Assembly (NCBI GenBank): GCA_021613535.1
Contig: CP075492.1
Coordinates: 14,942,001-15,006,000, forward strand
Reading direction: 5' to 3'
From: Adineta vaga
Lineage: Eukaryota; Animalia; Rotifera
Length of the DNA: 64,000 bases
Below the pieces are notes generated by a model. That model was not told the origin of the DNA. It did not search any database and worked only from the letters and a program-made list of their open reading frames with translations. The translations under genes and the position numbers were made by a program. The first letter of the stretch is position 1. Each line of letters starts with the position of its first letter. Positions 37,443 through 50,069 of this stretch are shown in pieces.

Positions 37443-40400
37443 CTATTTCTTTGCTTTTCGATTGATCGTTTGATTTTTTACAATAACTTGTCGAGCATTA
37501 TTAATATTTCTTGAATGTTCATCTAATCGATTCGGCTGATTAGGAATGACAACAACCAGATTAGAATGAGTATCCATTAAAGGTTGAGTTGGTCCAGTGT
37601 TTCGATTATCATTTCTTTTTGGAACATTTTGTTGAGGATTTGGATGTTTTTTATTATTATTATTATTATTAGCAGACTTTTCCCCAAATTTATGACAGTA
37701 ATAAGCCCTTTCTGGACATAAAATATTCACATCAAAAAAGTATTGCTAAAAACAACAAGATTTTGTTTAAAATTTCATACTGATATATGAGCAATATCTA
37801 ACCTGAAACCAACTCAATTTATATTGATGTTGCTGAACGATAAGTTCACGCAATTCTGAACAAAAATATGTTCTAGCTCGAATAAATACACGACGAATAA
37901 TTGTCCAATCTATTGCAAAAGAGATTAAATTTCTTCTTAATGAAAAATTCACTTAAAAATAGTTACTCATTAGAGATAATTTATCTGCTAAATTATGTGT
38001 TAGAATGAATGGATCTTCGATGGCAATCGTTGGATTAAACCATCCTTTTTCATAACGTTTTAATGGTTCAAATTGTCGTATGGTAACAACATTCTTTTCA
38101 TAATCGAATTGTTCTATATAGTAACGTAAAAATTCAAGCCATAATTCGCCCGTTGTTAAGCTATTTGGTCCATTTTTATTGATCCAAACTCGTTTCTAAA
38201 AATTTCTAGATAAGAACAATTTGATCAATAAAATATCAATAAACAGTTACTAAATTCGGTACATTATCATAGAAATATACATTCCACTTGTTACCTTCAC
38301 GAATGACAATATTTTCCATTGATTCATTATCACTTAACTAGAAATTTCATATGTAAACTTTTTACACCAATACAAGAAAAATACCACTGACTTGTTGAAG
38401 AACTGGCAAGACAGGTGGCTGAATTTGTTGTAGAAAGTGTATTACCATAATAATATATGCATAGCTTGACAATGTTCCGAATTTTGCATCACTAATATCA
38501 CATGTCTACGCAATAGTCATGTATAATTATTCACAGAAGAAGTATATCTTCGATCTATCCTAATATGAAAGTATTTTTCTCTACCTTAGTTAAATATTTA
38601 ACCATATATCCTAGTTGAGATACACGTGGATCAATATCTGAGTAAAGTTTCAACAGACGAGTATTTTCCATTGCCTAGATTACTCATAAACAAATCATAA
38701 GACATAGAAGACTGAAATACATACAAAAATATTATGAAAACTAATATCGATTTCGATATTTAATTGAGAATGTTTTGCTCGAATAATAGGTACTCTTGCA
38801 TCACGTACTAATTCAATCTCTTTAAATATATGAGAATGTAAATTGATAATTTCAAATAATTTTTCCAGAATTAATATATTGTATTCTTCTGGCTAAAGTA
38901 AAAACAGAAATATTATCATAGAATAAAATAAAATCCGCAATAACAAACATTATCTTTTAATAGAACACAAATATCAAGATCACTTTGTCGAAGTCCAAAT
39001 CCATTATGAGACGAGCCATAAGCATGAACAGAACAAGATGGATAAGATTTTTCAAATTCGATTCGAAGATAATTTAAAATATTTTGACGATTTTTTCGAT
39101 CAAGCTTTGTTGGTTTACATTGTTCTACAAAATACATTTAAAGAACGATTTTTAACATACATATAAATACCCGTCACTTGATGGCATATACGTGAAAGAA
39201 GATTAATCCATTCTTTACTGTTTGTAGGAAAATTAATTCTATCCGGTAAAGTCAATTCTGGACATTCAGTTTTAATATGACCATCGTTATAACATATTGT
39301 ACATACAGATGGTGCACCCTGAAGACGAAGAGAATTATATATACACTGAGAAATATATTTTTCAGATAAAGAATTTCTCACTCGATGAGCATCAAAATTT
39401 TTTGCTTCCATATCATAGACAAATATAGGAGATTTCATTGTAGATGTGGTATCGTCAATATTATTCAACTCATCGTTGGAATTAATAATTGATTCATCAC
39501 AAGTTATGTGAATTGGCAATGCACTTGAACATCTGATATTATTCAATATTTGTAACATGGCATTATTGAATAATTGAACTAATATCGAAATAAGAATGAA
39601 ATATTTTCATCTACTTCTGTTTATTACCTTGTTGTTCATATTCTTTACGTAAAATTTCCTTTTCATCTTCATTTAGATCTTTCGAAAGGATTTGTAACGA
39701 AATCGGTTCTTCGATGTTTTCATCACGATATTGATCATCAATTTCACTGAAAGCAATCGCATCAGTATGAACAATACAATAAAATGTTATTACATACGAT
39801 ATAATAGTCTGTTCATTTGTCATTGACTCTTCGATTTGCTCATCATTTTCCGGTAATAGTTGCAAGAGATTACGTTCATTTAATTCAAGTTTTGGTTCAG
39901 GTAGTGGCTCTTGTGTTTTGTCGAATATTCTTTTGTAATCTTGTCGTATATCTTCTTGTTGTACTTGATTCCAATAGTTATTTTCTTTTGGAAAATGTTC
40001 AATCAATAAACTATACGATTTATTTATTATACGAATCAGTTCTTTTGATGGAATATCTTCATCATTTTCATATTTTTGTTTTTCACAGAAATACTTGAGA
40101 GCCATTCGAAGAGTATGTTGAAAGTATTGGAATGAACGATTCGCTTTCATTGTGTAACACAGATTTCGAGTAAGTGATGTCGGATCTATATGAAAAACAA
40201 ATACATCAGAAAAACGAATGTATATTAAATTGGAAATTTACCTAAGCAAAACAATCTTTTGTTATTTGTATGTCTTAACATTTTCATGAACGGCATGCGT
40301 GTTTGTATAGAAACAATAAATTTTTTTGAACTAAATTTGTCAGTATAGTAAGAGAGTAATTGAAGAAAGAGTATTTCAATATTTGTTGGATTTTTTGATT

Positions 40401-41855
40401 TCCATTGCTCAACGTATGCATTACATATTTGAAAAAAATCAACATATTGATCGTTATTCAATACAAGTGGTACCTTGTCAACGCCGAATACCTTGTTTAT
40501 CAACGAACAATAGAAGATTTATCTTTAATTTAAGAAACTAAACTTACATGCTCATGAAGGCATGGTACAACGGGTAGATCTAGTTGTTGAAGAAAATAAA
40601 TAACCATAAAATGGAAGACAATAGGATGAACAGTGCCAAGATCAGGTTTGTCTATGTTGCATATCTGAATAAGAAATTGAAGAAGACTTTATTTAGCGCT
40701 TTCTTTTGATTAACAAAACTGACTTTTGATAGAATTCGAAGAAGGCGAATTAATGGCAGTACACGTTCATCAAACTTTGTGTAGATTTGAATTATTTGCG
40801 ACAATCGAATAGCTCGGATATTGTTTGATGTCAAACGTACATGTAAATTTGAGTTAAGTACAGATAAATCTATCGCTAATGGATCATGATCGATATTAAT
40901 ACGTGCGTCTTTGTAATGAGCTAAAAAGCACAAAAAATAGTTCCATTAGTTAATAGAATGGATAGCAATCTATATACCCGAATGAGATACAGTTTGAAGT
41001 AATTCTTTTAAAGTATCATAAGGTAAAACGTCCTTGAATTGAATGTCGATATCTATGATATTTGCTTCTTTCAAACAACACTGAAATAATGATGAACCAT
41101 AGAGAGTGATCTGTGCGTCTATTTCCAAAGTAGATAAATTATTGATTCATAGTAAGAAAACTCTTTCTTTTAATTACCTGGTCGCTTGGAAAGAATTATG
41201 TCTCGCAACTGATGATAAATAAATTTATGTTGATCGTAATCAGTATTGAACAAAAAGTGTTCGTGAAGAATTTTGTCAAACGTGGTTTTTAATGCTTCAA
41301 CATGTGCAGAGCTTAATTCTTTAAGAGTCTTCGGAACTTTTTTCTTTTGCATCTGAAAGATAGAGAAAGACTTTCTATTACGCTATTAGTACAGAATACA
41401 TCAAATAACGTACCGGATGTTGTGAAACATTCGTCTTGTCATTCCGTTGATTTTTCTTCGGTTGCGCTATAGCACAAAAAATGATATTCTACGAGCAATA
41501 TTTATAAAAATAGATTTATACCCGAATCGGGTCCTTCATTTCCATGTTGTGCAGTTGGATAATTTGTTGGTTTACTATATGTTTGATTTTGTATTGATAT
41601 TGGTATGGACTGAGAAGGAGGAATAAAAATTAATGGTCCTCTGATTACTGGTATAGGAGAAGGTTGTATTTGTATTGAAGGATGACGCAGATTGTGATAG
41701 TTGGGTGGCCATTGCTGATACGGAAAATTCGGTCTGATATTGTTAAAAGGTTGTTGAACGGGATGTCGATATATTACATAATTATTGGTATTGATCGTGT
41801 TGGGCGGATTGTTCGTATATGTTTGTGGTGGATAGTTCGAGGATGAATTGTTCAT
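37443..41855 (-). CDS. TUT4/TUT7: Terminal uridylyltransferase, TUT4/TUT7 (ZCCHC11/ZCCHC6)-like, multi-exon
   Basis: Two tandem NTase+PAP-associated modules (degenerate YGSS..IIDID first; active YGSSHNGFGLRQSDLD, IDISF second), 'TLSSYAYIIMVIHFLQ', 'AIEDPF..THNL', knuckle CTICYNDGHIKTEC. Confidence 0.88.
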
Positions 41856-43359
41856 TATTTAAATGAACATAGAATTATAAAGCAATCTGAAATAGAATAG
41901 AAACGTGGTCTTTAATAAACACTTGTAACTAACTCAAAATCTTGACGAATTCTTAAAAAAAGATATTTTCATCTTGTTATTTGATAACAAGCCATGTACA
42001 GAACTAAAGGTAAATGTTTGAGAATTGAAGACTATGCTGATAAGATTGATATATTTGCTTTTCCTATGCCATTTTCTGCAGCTACGTCAACGTTTAGGCA
42101 AAAGTAGAGGACCTCAAAACTAGAATAACTCTAAGAGAATTGGATCCACGAGCCTGTGGACTCCAGCTTAAAAGTTTTTCGACTCAAATCTTGCCAGGAT
42201 TATTCTAGTTTCAGAAACTTCTGCTTATGTTCAACATCGTGGAATAGGAAGTGTTCTCAGAATCGGTTAATCATTTTGACCGATTCCCTCGTCAGTCGCC
42301 TTACTGCATCATCTTTCTCAATACTCTTACAGTCCACCGTACTTCACCAGTTAGATAATACTGTGGTATAGCTTGAATATTTTTCTGAGCCAATCGAATT
42401 GAAACAGGTTTATTTTCACCTACCTTCCGAGCATTTGAATGAAGTAGTTGAATATAAATGCCACTTACAGTTGCAACTGATGTGCAAAAAATAATAAAAA
42501 GAACAGCATACTGTTTGCTGTGGGAGAAAACACAGTGAGAGAAAAATATAAACGTCATCACCCTGTGATCAAGGCAAACAGAGCCACTGTGTTTTTCTTC
42601 TTCTCACGTGGCTTACGTTTTATTATGCATTTACAGTGTCTAACGTCAGTAAGAAATAAAAACTCATAGAAACTATGGCGATAATATCCTAGCAGAAGAA
42701 CATAATTTTTTACAACCTAATAGAAGATGGGTTTTTTTAATTTCATAAATGAAATTTGCAAATTTGAATAGAAGACAAAGTAATGGTTCCTCAAAAATAC
42801 AAATCGCAATTGAATAGTCCTTAAAATTATTGCTTAAGAAGATGATAAATAGAAATACTAGGATGTGGATCAATGAAGCTAGAACCAGGAAATGTATTTA
42901 TTACTTTACGAAATAAAAGTATTTTTCATTAGTTTATCAATCTGTTTTTTTCTTCGACAAAATGAATTACCGTTTTTCCAATACAATAAAAAAGTGTAAA
43001 CTGTATCTTTCAAAGAGTGATAGAGTTAAAGGTTGCATGTATATTCACACCAACACTCACAACCTTAAGATGCTATTCTCATTCAGTAGCTGTTAGATAA
43101 ACATTCTCAACATGTGTGGTAATATAAATGGCATTATCAGCAGCGCCACAACCAAAATTCAGAGTTTTACTATGAAAAACATCTTATTTAATAAGTTTAA
43201 CGATCACTGATTGTGGTTGATCAATTTCTCATGCTGCATTTCCACTTCCAGAACAATAACAGAAATATTCTTGTGATAATGTTTCATCGTGATTCACTTT
43301 GAAATTCATATTCAATAAAAAGAACTAAAGTTGTTTCAGATAAATTTAGCAGATCTTCA

Positions 43360-43566
43360 TCACACCATTGAAATGAATATGAAAGTGGATGTTTTTTGTG
43401 ATCGACCATAAAGTGTACTACCATGACAAATTAATACTGTTGCATCATCACCTTTCCATTCCCAATAATGATGAAATGTAAGTGGTCCTAAACTCATTTC
43501 ACCATTTTCTTCAACAATCGGTCGATGTCGTAATGTTATAAAATGACTAGCAGGATTTGAAGACAT
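43360..43566 (-). pseudogene. Alpha/beta hydrolase N-terminal fragment
   Basis: 'HYWEWKGDDATVLICHG' resembles the beta-strand/HG oxyanion region; no intact continuation seen. Confidence 0.4.
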
Positions 43567-44289
43567 CATCCGACGAAATGTACGATAAATAGAAACAAAC
43601 ATATATTATCTTAAAAGAATTTCATTTGACGAGTATTTATATCTCAATCAGTTTGAAATCGTAATACAATCTTTGATTAAATTCAAGTTGCATGGTAGTA
43701 GATACTCGAATGATTGGTCATTAGAGTTTTTCAAAGAACAATATATAAATTTATTGTTTTCAAATTGAATGAGGAATTTTCCTTCACCATAAGGTATACT
43801 ATTAGCTCCTCACATATCAAAGAGCATGTTAAATCTTGGATAAAATTCATATTTGCAGGTCTTAACAATCAAAAAAAGCCTTTATTGACAGAATAAATTG
43901 ATACTTTGTTTTCATATAAAGCACATTCGAGTGATTTACGTAGGTTTTTTTTCACTAATTTTGAGATAATTTTGTGTTTTTTGAATACACAAAAAAAAGA
44001 ATTGTTGTTATTTGTAAAATTTCAAATAAAACTATTTGATTTGATTATTTATGAATTAGATTTTCTATGAAAAACAGATATCATTTGTTTCTCTATATGT
44101 GATATTTGTAGAATTTGAGAAGAGAACGGAAGTGGTATAAATAGGAAAGCAAACTAACAGTTTCATTATTTTATTTATTTGATTATGATCAACAAAATCT
44201 CAGGTATTGAATAAGACTGAGTATAGGTGAATGTATCGTTTCCTCACCTACATATCTGCAAGATGAAGTTAATTTCATTGAATTTTAGG

Positions 44290-46235
44290 ACATTCATTTA
44301 ATCAACCACAGTTTTGTTCAGACGCAACATGGGATCAAAAAGGAATTACAACGAAACAATAGTTGGTATTCTTCCTCATGGCATTTTTATTGATACAAAG
44401 AATACAGTTTACGTTGTTAATGTCGAAAATGGTGAAGTTGTAATCTGGTTTAATGGTAGTGCACTAAACCATCAAAAATCATCTCGAATACAAATATAAA
44501 TTCGTTTTCCATATTCGTTCGAAATAATGAAGATATATTTATTGATAATGGCCGAGAATATTATCGAGTTGAACAGTGAACTTCAAAACTCGATGAATTT
44601 GTTGATGATAATTTTGGTTTATATATAGCCGATAATCTAAATCATCGAATTTAATTATTTCGATTAGGAGAATCACGTGGAATAACAGTAGCAGGAAAAG
44701 AGTCATTGAAATTAACAATTGAACTTTATCAGCTAAGTGGAGTTGTCTTGAATAATGAGAAATATTTATTCATTGTCGATCAAGAAACTAGCCGTATTAT
44801 TAATGAAGGTCCCAATGATTTTCGATGCATAATTGCATGTGATCGAAAGAACTCATCACCTGATTCATTGTTGGATCCGTTTACTCTTATAGTTTTGATA
44901 GTAATATGGAAATATATTTGTTACTGATAAACAACAAAATCGAATTCAAAATATTTATTTTTAAATTCATCAGAATTAACAATTCATAGTTCAACATATC
45001 ATTTTTACTGTTCGTACGGAATGCTACATTACGAAGCAGTGTAAATAAATGTTGTTACAAACGGTTCTTATACTCTTTTAGGCAAAAGCACCTTTACATC
45101 ATTTGTTTATATTTACAAAGAATATTTCAATCCAATTTATCCATTTGAAAATTTACTTTTACAAAATTATCTCACTTTTAGTTATTAAACATTCAAACTT
45201 AAACCGTATCTTCAATCTTTGATTGATTATATCTTAATTGTAACGACTTTGCATCCAAATATGAAAGGCAATTTTTCACTTGTTGTATCGGGATCATTCG
45301 ATGTCAGTTTTTATTCTTTCAGTAAGTATTTATTGATAATAAAGCAACTGATTTGCATCATTCGATGATTTTGTTTAGGTACAGATCAAAACAGATGTTT
45401 CGGCAATGATATATGCCAATTCTATACGAAAAATATATTGGTTTTACTCTTGATGATATTTTATGTAATGAAATTCGACAAAATTTAACTTTAAATAATC
45501 AATCTATACGAGTCAAAACGAGCGCGGCTGTGACCATGATTATGTTTATTAGTGGTTTAATCAATAGTTTTCTTTCTATTTTAATATTTCGCAATAGAGA
45601 TTTACGAACAATTGGATGTGGAATATATCTTCTTGCATCTTCAGTAACTTGGTTGATTACAATGGGAATGTTTATGGTAAAATTTTGGTTTCTTCTATTT
45701 ACTCATATTGATTTTTCAATTCATATATCGATTCTTCGAGGTGGTTATAACTCTATTGAACCTTTATTAAAACTTTGTTTTTATTTTGATGGTTGGCTTA
45801 ATGCTTATGTTGCAATTGAAAGAGCAATTATTGTTTTTAAAAGTTTTCTTATTTTGAGTTCAATTATCCATGAACCATTATATCGAAATATAGTTGAAAT
45901 AAAATCAGACAGATATACAACAGAGATCTATCCATGGTGTATAACTCATTATTCACGTTTTCTTCAAAATTATAATACACTTGTTCTATTTTTTCATCTT
46001 ACCGGCCCACTTATTGCAAATCTTCTTTCTGATTTATTCATTATATTTGGTTCAGCCCAACAAAAAACAAAAACTCAAACAAAACAAAGCTATCAAAAAT
46101 ACTTTTATCATTACCTCGTTTAGTTATGTCATTATTATCAGAATGTGTCAATTTGTTCTACCGTCGGATTTATACAGAAAAGCATTTCGAGAATCAATCC
46201 TCAAATGGCGAAGACGAATTTATAGATGTTGTTGA
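44290..46235 (+). pseudogene. Decayed NHL-repeat + GPCR fusion gene
   Basis: Broken NHL fragments (PHGIFIDTKNTVYV; LYIADNLNHRI; LFIVDQETSRII) followed by a partial 7TM ('GCGIYLLASS', 'VAIERA') with deletions and frameshifts. Confidence 0.7.
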
Positions 46236-47325
46236 CACTTATTCACTTTGAATTTCTGTTAAAGAACTTCTTCGATATCATAGGAATATAGAATAGATGT
46301 CTTTAAACTTCACTTGATTATTCATTTTTTTTCTTTACTCATGTTGAAACTAAGAAAATAGTAGTTGATCTACAAAAATATTGGACGTACTATAATTGTT
46401 TAACGGTCTGCTAACCACGGAGTAAAGAAGATTGTAATGTTATTATTACAATTATGCATTGAAACAACTCTTAAAATAGACAATAAATCGATTATATTTT
46501 TGTGCTGAAAAGTAACTGTTTCATACGTAGAATCCTCGACTGATTTCAGAACAAAACATGTGAGTCAATTCTCGTCAGTCTTATTATCCTCCTTGGCAGA
46601 ATTTTCTCTGCAATAACAATCTTTCTCTTTCTTTCCTTCTTCTTCTTCTTCTTCCGTTATATGTGCGTAGACATCCATGCTCGTGTTCTGTTGTTACTCC
46701 GAGCAGTTTTTCTGTTTATTCTCGTCGAAGTAGTATTTTTCTTCTTTTTCTTCTCTTGAATACATCAAGTCTCATTCCATTTTCTTTAACATTCAGCAGG
46801 TAGATATATATTATTTTCAATAGAGAGCTCACGTCGATGTTTGTCAGAAAACGATCAGAGTAAATTCTTTCAAATGTAATTCTCAAAGACGAAGATTGTG
46901 TCAGCATCAACTGAAATATACTGATTACTTTTTGAGAAGTTTTTTCATATAATATTCAATGATTATTCGATGAAAAGAAACCAAATGTTGTGTTTATTAT
47001 GTGAAAATGGCAGCTAAGCCATTCGATTTATATCTTTGCGTAAAAAACAACCGAAGAGCTCATTTGAAATTTGTAGCAGTAGTGTTCTGAAAAGAATCGT
47101 ATGGCAGCTGACTCTTGCAAAAATATAGATCGTATTCACAATCTCAAGGCGTGAAGAGTAGGAAAAAGAAATTTTGTGCATTCTCACGATAAAAAAAATT
47201 GCACTGTCATGCTTACATTCTTTCTTTCTGTTCTGATTCTCTATATAATACTGTTGGCTGCCAAGGCGTTTCTTAAAAAGTATTGTAAGTGACAAAGTAC
47301 AGAATTTTTTGCTTCAGATCAAATC

Positions 47326-49173
47326 ATGACACTTGTCAAGAATGAAGAAGCGAGATTCAATGAAATCCAAGGTATTGCTTCAACAAATGTGCCTGCCTAT
47401 TCAAATGGTGATGATGAATTCTTCTCAATGGAATATCATTATTTTCATGGAGTCTTCATGGGATACAAATGGCAATGTGTTGAATATGCACGTCGTTGGC
47501 TTTTGATGCGTAAAGGATGTATTTTACCTAATGGAAATACTGCTGCGAGTCTTTGGGATGACTTGAAGACAATCGAACGCGTTACGGACGGGCGTCATTT
47601 TCCATTGAAATGTCATTCAAATGGATCTTCGAAGGAACCACAAGTTGATTCGTTACTTATTTATCCTCAATGTGATGATTTACCATTTGGTCATATCGCA
47701 ATTATTTGTGAAGTTGGACCTGGTTACATTCGTATTGCCGAACAGAACCATAAATTCTATTATTGGTCAGGAAACTATGCTCGTCAACTTTCGGTGATAC
47801 AAAAAAATGGATTGTTTTATATTGAAGATGATTATTCAATCTATGGATGGATGACAATCGAAGATGATCATGAATTAGTACCATTAGATGAATCTAAAAT
47901 GAATGTTATTCTTCAACCTTACCAAAAACCACGACCAATGGGTACTATGAAACGCTGTTGTGTTCCGCCTGAAAGCGTTGACGTTATCGATGGTTGGTTA
48001 GATAAAAATAATCCAGCAGAAAACTATCTCATTGAACTCTATGGTGAAGATACTCGACGTACCACTGACGGAAGTTTACCATATTATAAAGTCGATTTTG
48101 ATTTAGTTTTAAATATTGGTACAACATCGAATGATTTACATCGAATGTTTATGATAGCTACTGAGCATGTTATTAAGAATGATGAACTTTTAGCACGTGC
48201 TGGAATACCTGACATTTTCTGGTCACGAATTCGTCAATCATGGAAAAACGATCAAGATATTCTAATGACTGGACGATTCGATCTTGCATTTGATGGAAAA
48301 CAATTGAAAGTATTTGAATATAATGCTGATAGTGCATCTGTACTTTTGGAATGTGCTGTTATTCAACAAAAATGGGCCAAAGCTGTCAAACTCGATTCAC
48401 AATTTATGTCCGGATTCCAGATGCATCGAGTTCTTGTACAAAATTGGAAGAATTTTAATATTCAAACACGTGTACATATTTTAATTGACGACGATCAAGA
48501 CGAAATACTTACTGCCCTTTACATGCAAACTGTTATGAATGAAGCCGGTATCGAAACCAAATTATGTACGTTAACGAATGATTTTTATTGGAAAGATTCG
48601 ACAATTGTAGACAACGACGGTTGTACAGTGACTTTCGTCTGGAAATTATGGATGTGGGAAACAGTATTTAGCGACTATATTAAGACACAAAAAGAAGGAA
48701 ATCATAGTCGGACAAATGGTGATCATCCTCATCTTTGTGATATTCTACTCAATGATCAGATTCGAGTTATTGAACCTTTGTGGAAAGTGATAGCGAGCAA
48801 CAAAATACTTTTACCAATACTTTGGTCGATGTTTCCTAATCATCCAAATCTCTTACGAAGCGAATGGACACTTATGGATGATATGAAACAGAAGGGTTAC
48901 GCAAAAAAACCAATCGTTGGTCGATGCGGTCACAATGTGACATTGCACAACACAGATGGTGACACTTTTATTAATGAAGTGACAAATAAATTCGCTGATC
49001 GAGATTGTATCTATCAAGAACTATTTCAACTTCCCAGTTATGATGGATATTATAATATTTTTGGTAGCTGGATTGTTCATGGTTTATTTACAGGTTTTTG
49101 TATTCGTGAAGATCAAAAACTTATTACAAATTTTGAAAGTCGAGTGACTCCTTGCTGCATCATTCATGACTAG
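47326..49173 (+). CDS. gsp: Bifunctional glutathionylspermidine amidase/synthetase (E. coli GspSA architecture), intronless
   Basis: N-terminal CHAP amidase (KWQCVEYARR, FGHIA, AEQN); C-terminal ATP-grasp (GRFD, EYNADS, WKLWMWE, EPLWK..SNK, KKPIVGRCG, IRED); 615 aa. Confidence 0.95.
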   Translation: MTLVKNEEARFNEIQGIASTNVPAYSNGDDEFFSMEYHYFHGVFMGYKWQCVEYARRWLLMRKGCILPNGNTAASLWDDLKTIERVTDGRHFPLKCHSNGSSKEPQVDSLLIYPQCDDLPFGHIAIICEVGPGYIRIAEQNHKFYYWSGNYARQLSVIQKNGLFYIEDDYSIYGWMTIEDDHELVPLDESKMNVILQPYQKPRPMGTMKRCCVPPESVDVIDGWLDKNNPAENYLIELYGEDTRRTTDGSLPYYKVDFDLVLNIGTTSNDLHRMFMIATEHVIKNDELLARAGIPDIFWSRIRQSWKNDQDILMTGRFDLAFDGKQLKVFEYNADSASVLLECAVIQQKWAKAVKLDSQFMSGFQMHRVLVQNWKNFNIQTRVHILIDDDQDEILTALYMQTVMNEAGIETKLCTLTNDFYWKDSTIVDNDGCTVTFVWKLWMWETVFSDYIKTQKEGNHSRTNGDHPHLCDILLNDQIRVIEPLWKVIASNKILLPILWSMFPNHPNLLRSEWTLMDDMKQKGYAKKPIVGRCGHNVTLHNTDGDTFINEVTNKFADRDCIYQELFQLPSYDGYYNIFGSWIVHGLFTGFCIREDQKLITNFESRVTPCCIIHD

Positions 49174-49415
49174 GATTCATTTTATTTTATCACTTTCTCA
49201 GTTTATATGAAATGATGTGCTGGTATTTTCTTTTTTCTTTTTATGAATGTCATCTTGAGAAAATTTCTAATTAAAAAAAAAATATCATAAATCAGAGAAT
49301 CATAGAGAATTTGTAGTCTATAATAGAATCAAAAGACATTTCTTAAATTAATTTGACAGACTCCAGCACTCTAAAGTGTGAATAAAAATTACAGCAAGAA
49401 ATCATTGATGAAAGT

Positions 49416-50069
49416 TCATTTTTCTGATTCAAACTTTGGATCAACAACAATCAGATAACCTCTAGGCATGGCTGCTGTATCATCGCGTGTACACATCATT
49501 CTCATTAAATGCTGCAAATCTAACCAATGATAAGGTCGTATTGAATCACTCGTATCCAGAATGAGTATTCGATTTGTCACTTCATTATATGCAGCTACTA
49601 AACTAAAATGACCACATCGAAGAGGTAGATCTTTGGTAGGCCATTCAAACTGTCTCCAATAGTTGACAACCACAAAATGATGAGGATTTTTTATATCTTG
49701 CAAAAACTTTTCCTCAAATCTTTCTTCATCTGAATATCGAATAACGGGAGGTAGTCCAAATGTTGTAAGAATATGAGATAAAGCGGCTAGTGAAATGCCA
49801 TCCGACATGTGTGCATGTGCAATTGTGGAATATAGATCGGACTGAGTCCATTTGGAATAAGGCAGAAGAGAATTGAGCAAAATCGCAACACATGCAATAC
49901 CACAAAAATCCTCTCGTTGTTGAAGTTCAAAATGAGGATGAAGACGATCGAAAGCATGATGTAGTGACGTTGTAAAAACATCTTGACCATCGGGAGATGT
50001 TACACAAGTAATTAATGATAGATACCAAAGATCGAGAGGACCATCACTTTGATCTTGAGATTTGAGCAT
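49416..50069 (-). CDS. PCS: Phytochelatin synthase, catalytic domain only (~217 aa)
   Basis: 'QQREDFCG.ACVAILLN', 'VVVNYWR', 'GHFSLVAAY', 'ILILD', 'MCTRD....PRGYL'; papain-like Cys-His-Asp triad present. Confidence 0.88.
   Translation of the reverse strand: MLKSQDQSDGPLDLWYLSLITCVTSPDGQDVFTTSLHHAFDRLHPHFELQQREDFCGIACVAILLNSLLPYSKWTQSDLYSTIAHAHMSDGISLAALSHILTTFGLPPVIRYSDEERFEEKFLQDIKNPHHFVVVNYWRQFEWPTKDLPLRCGHFSLVAAYNEVTNRILILDTSDSIRPYHWLDLQHLMRMMCTRDDTAAMPRGYLIVVDPKFESEK

Noticed and set aside
47326-49173. Bacterial contamination or kinetoplastid-type trypanothione synthetase
   Set aside because: Contiguous with intron-containing animal genes at similar AT content; domain order is amidase-first (E. 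coli type), opposite to kinetoplastid TryS
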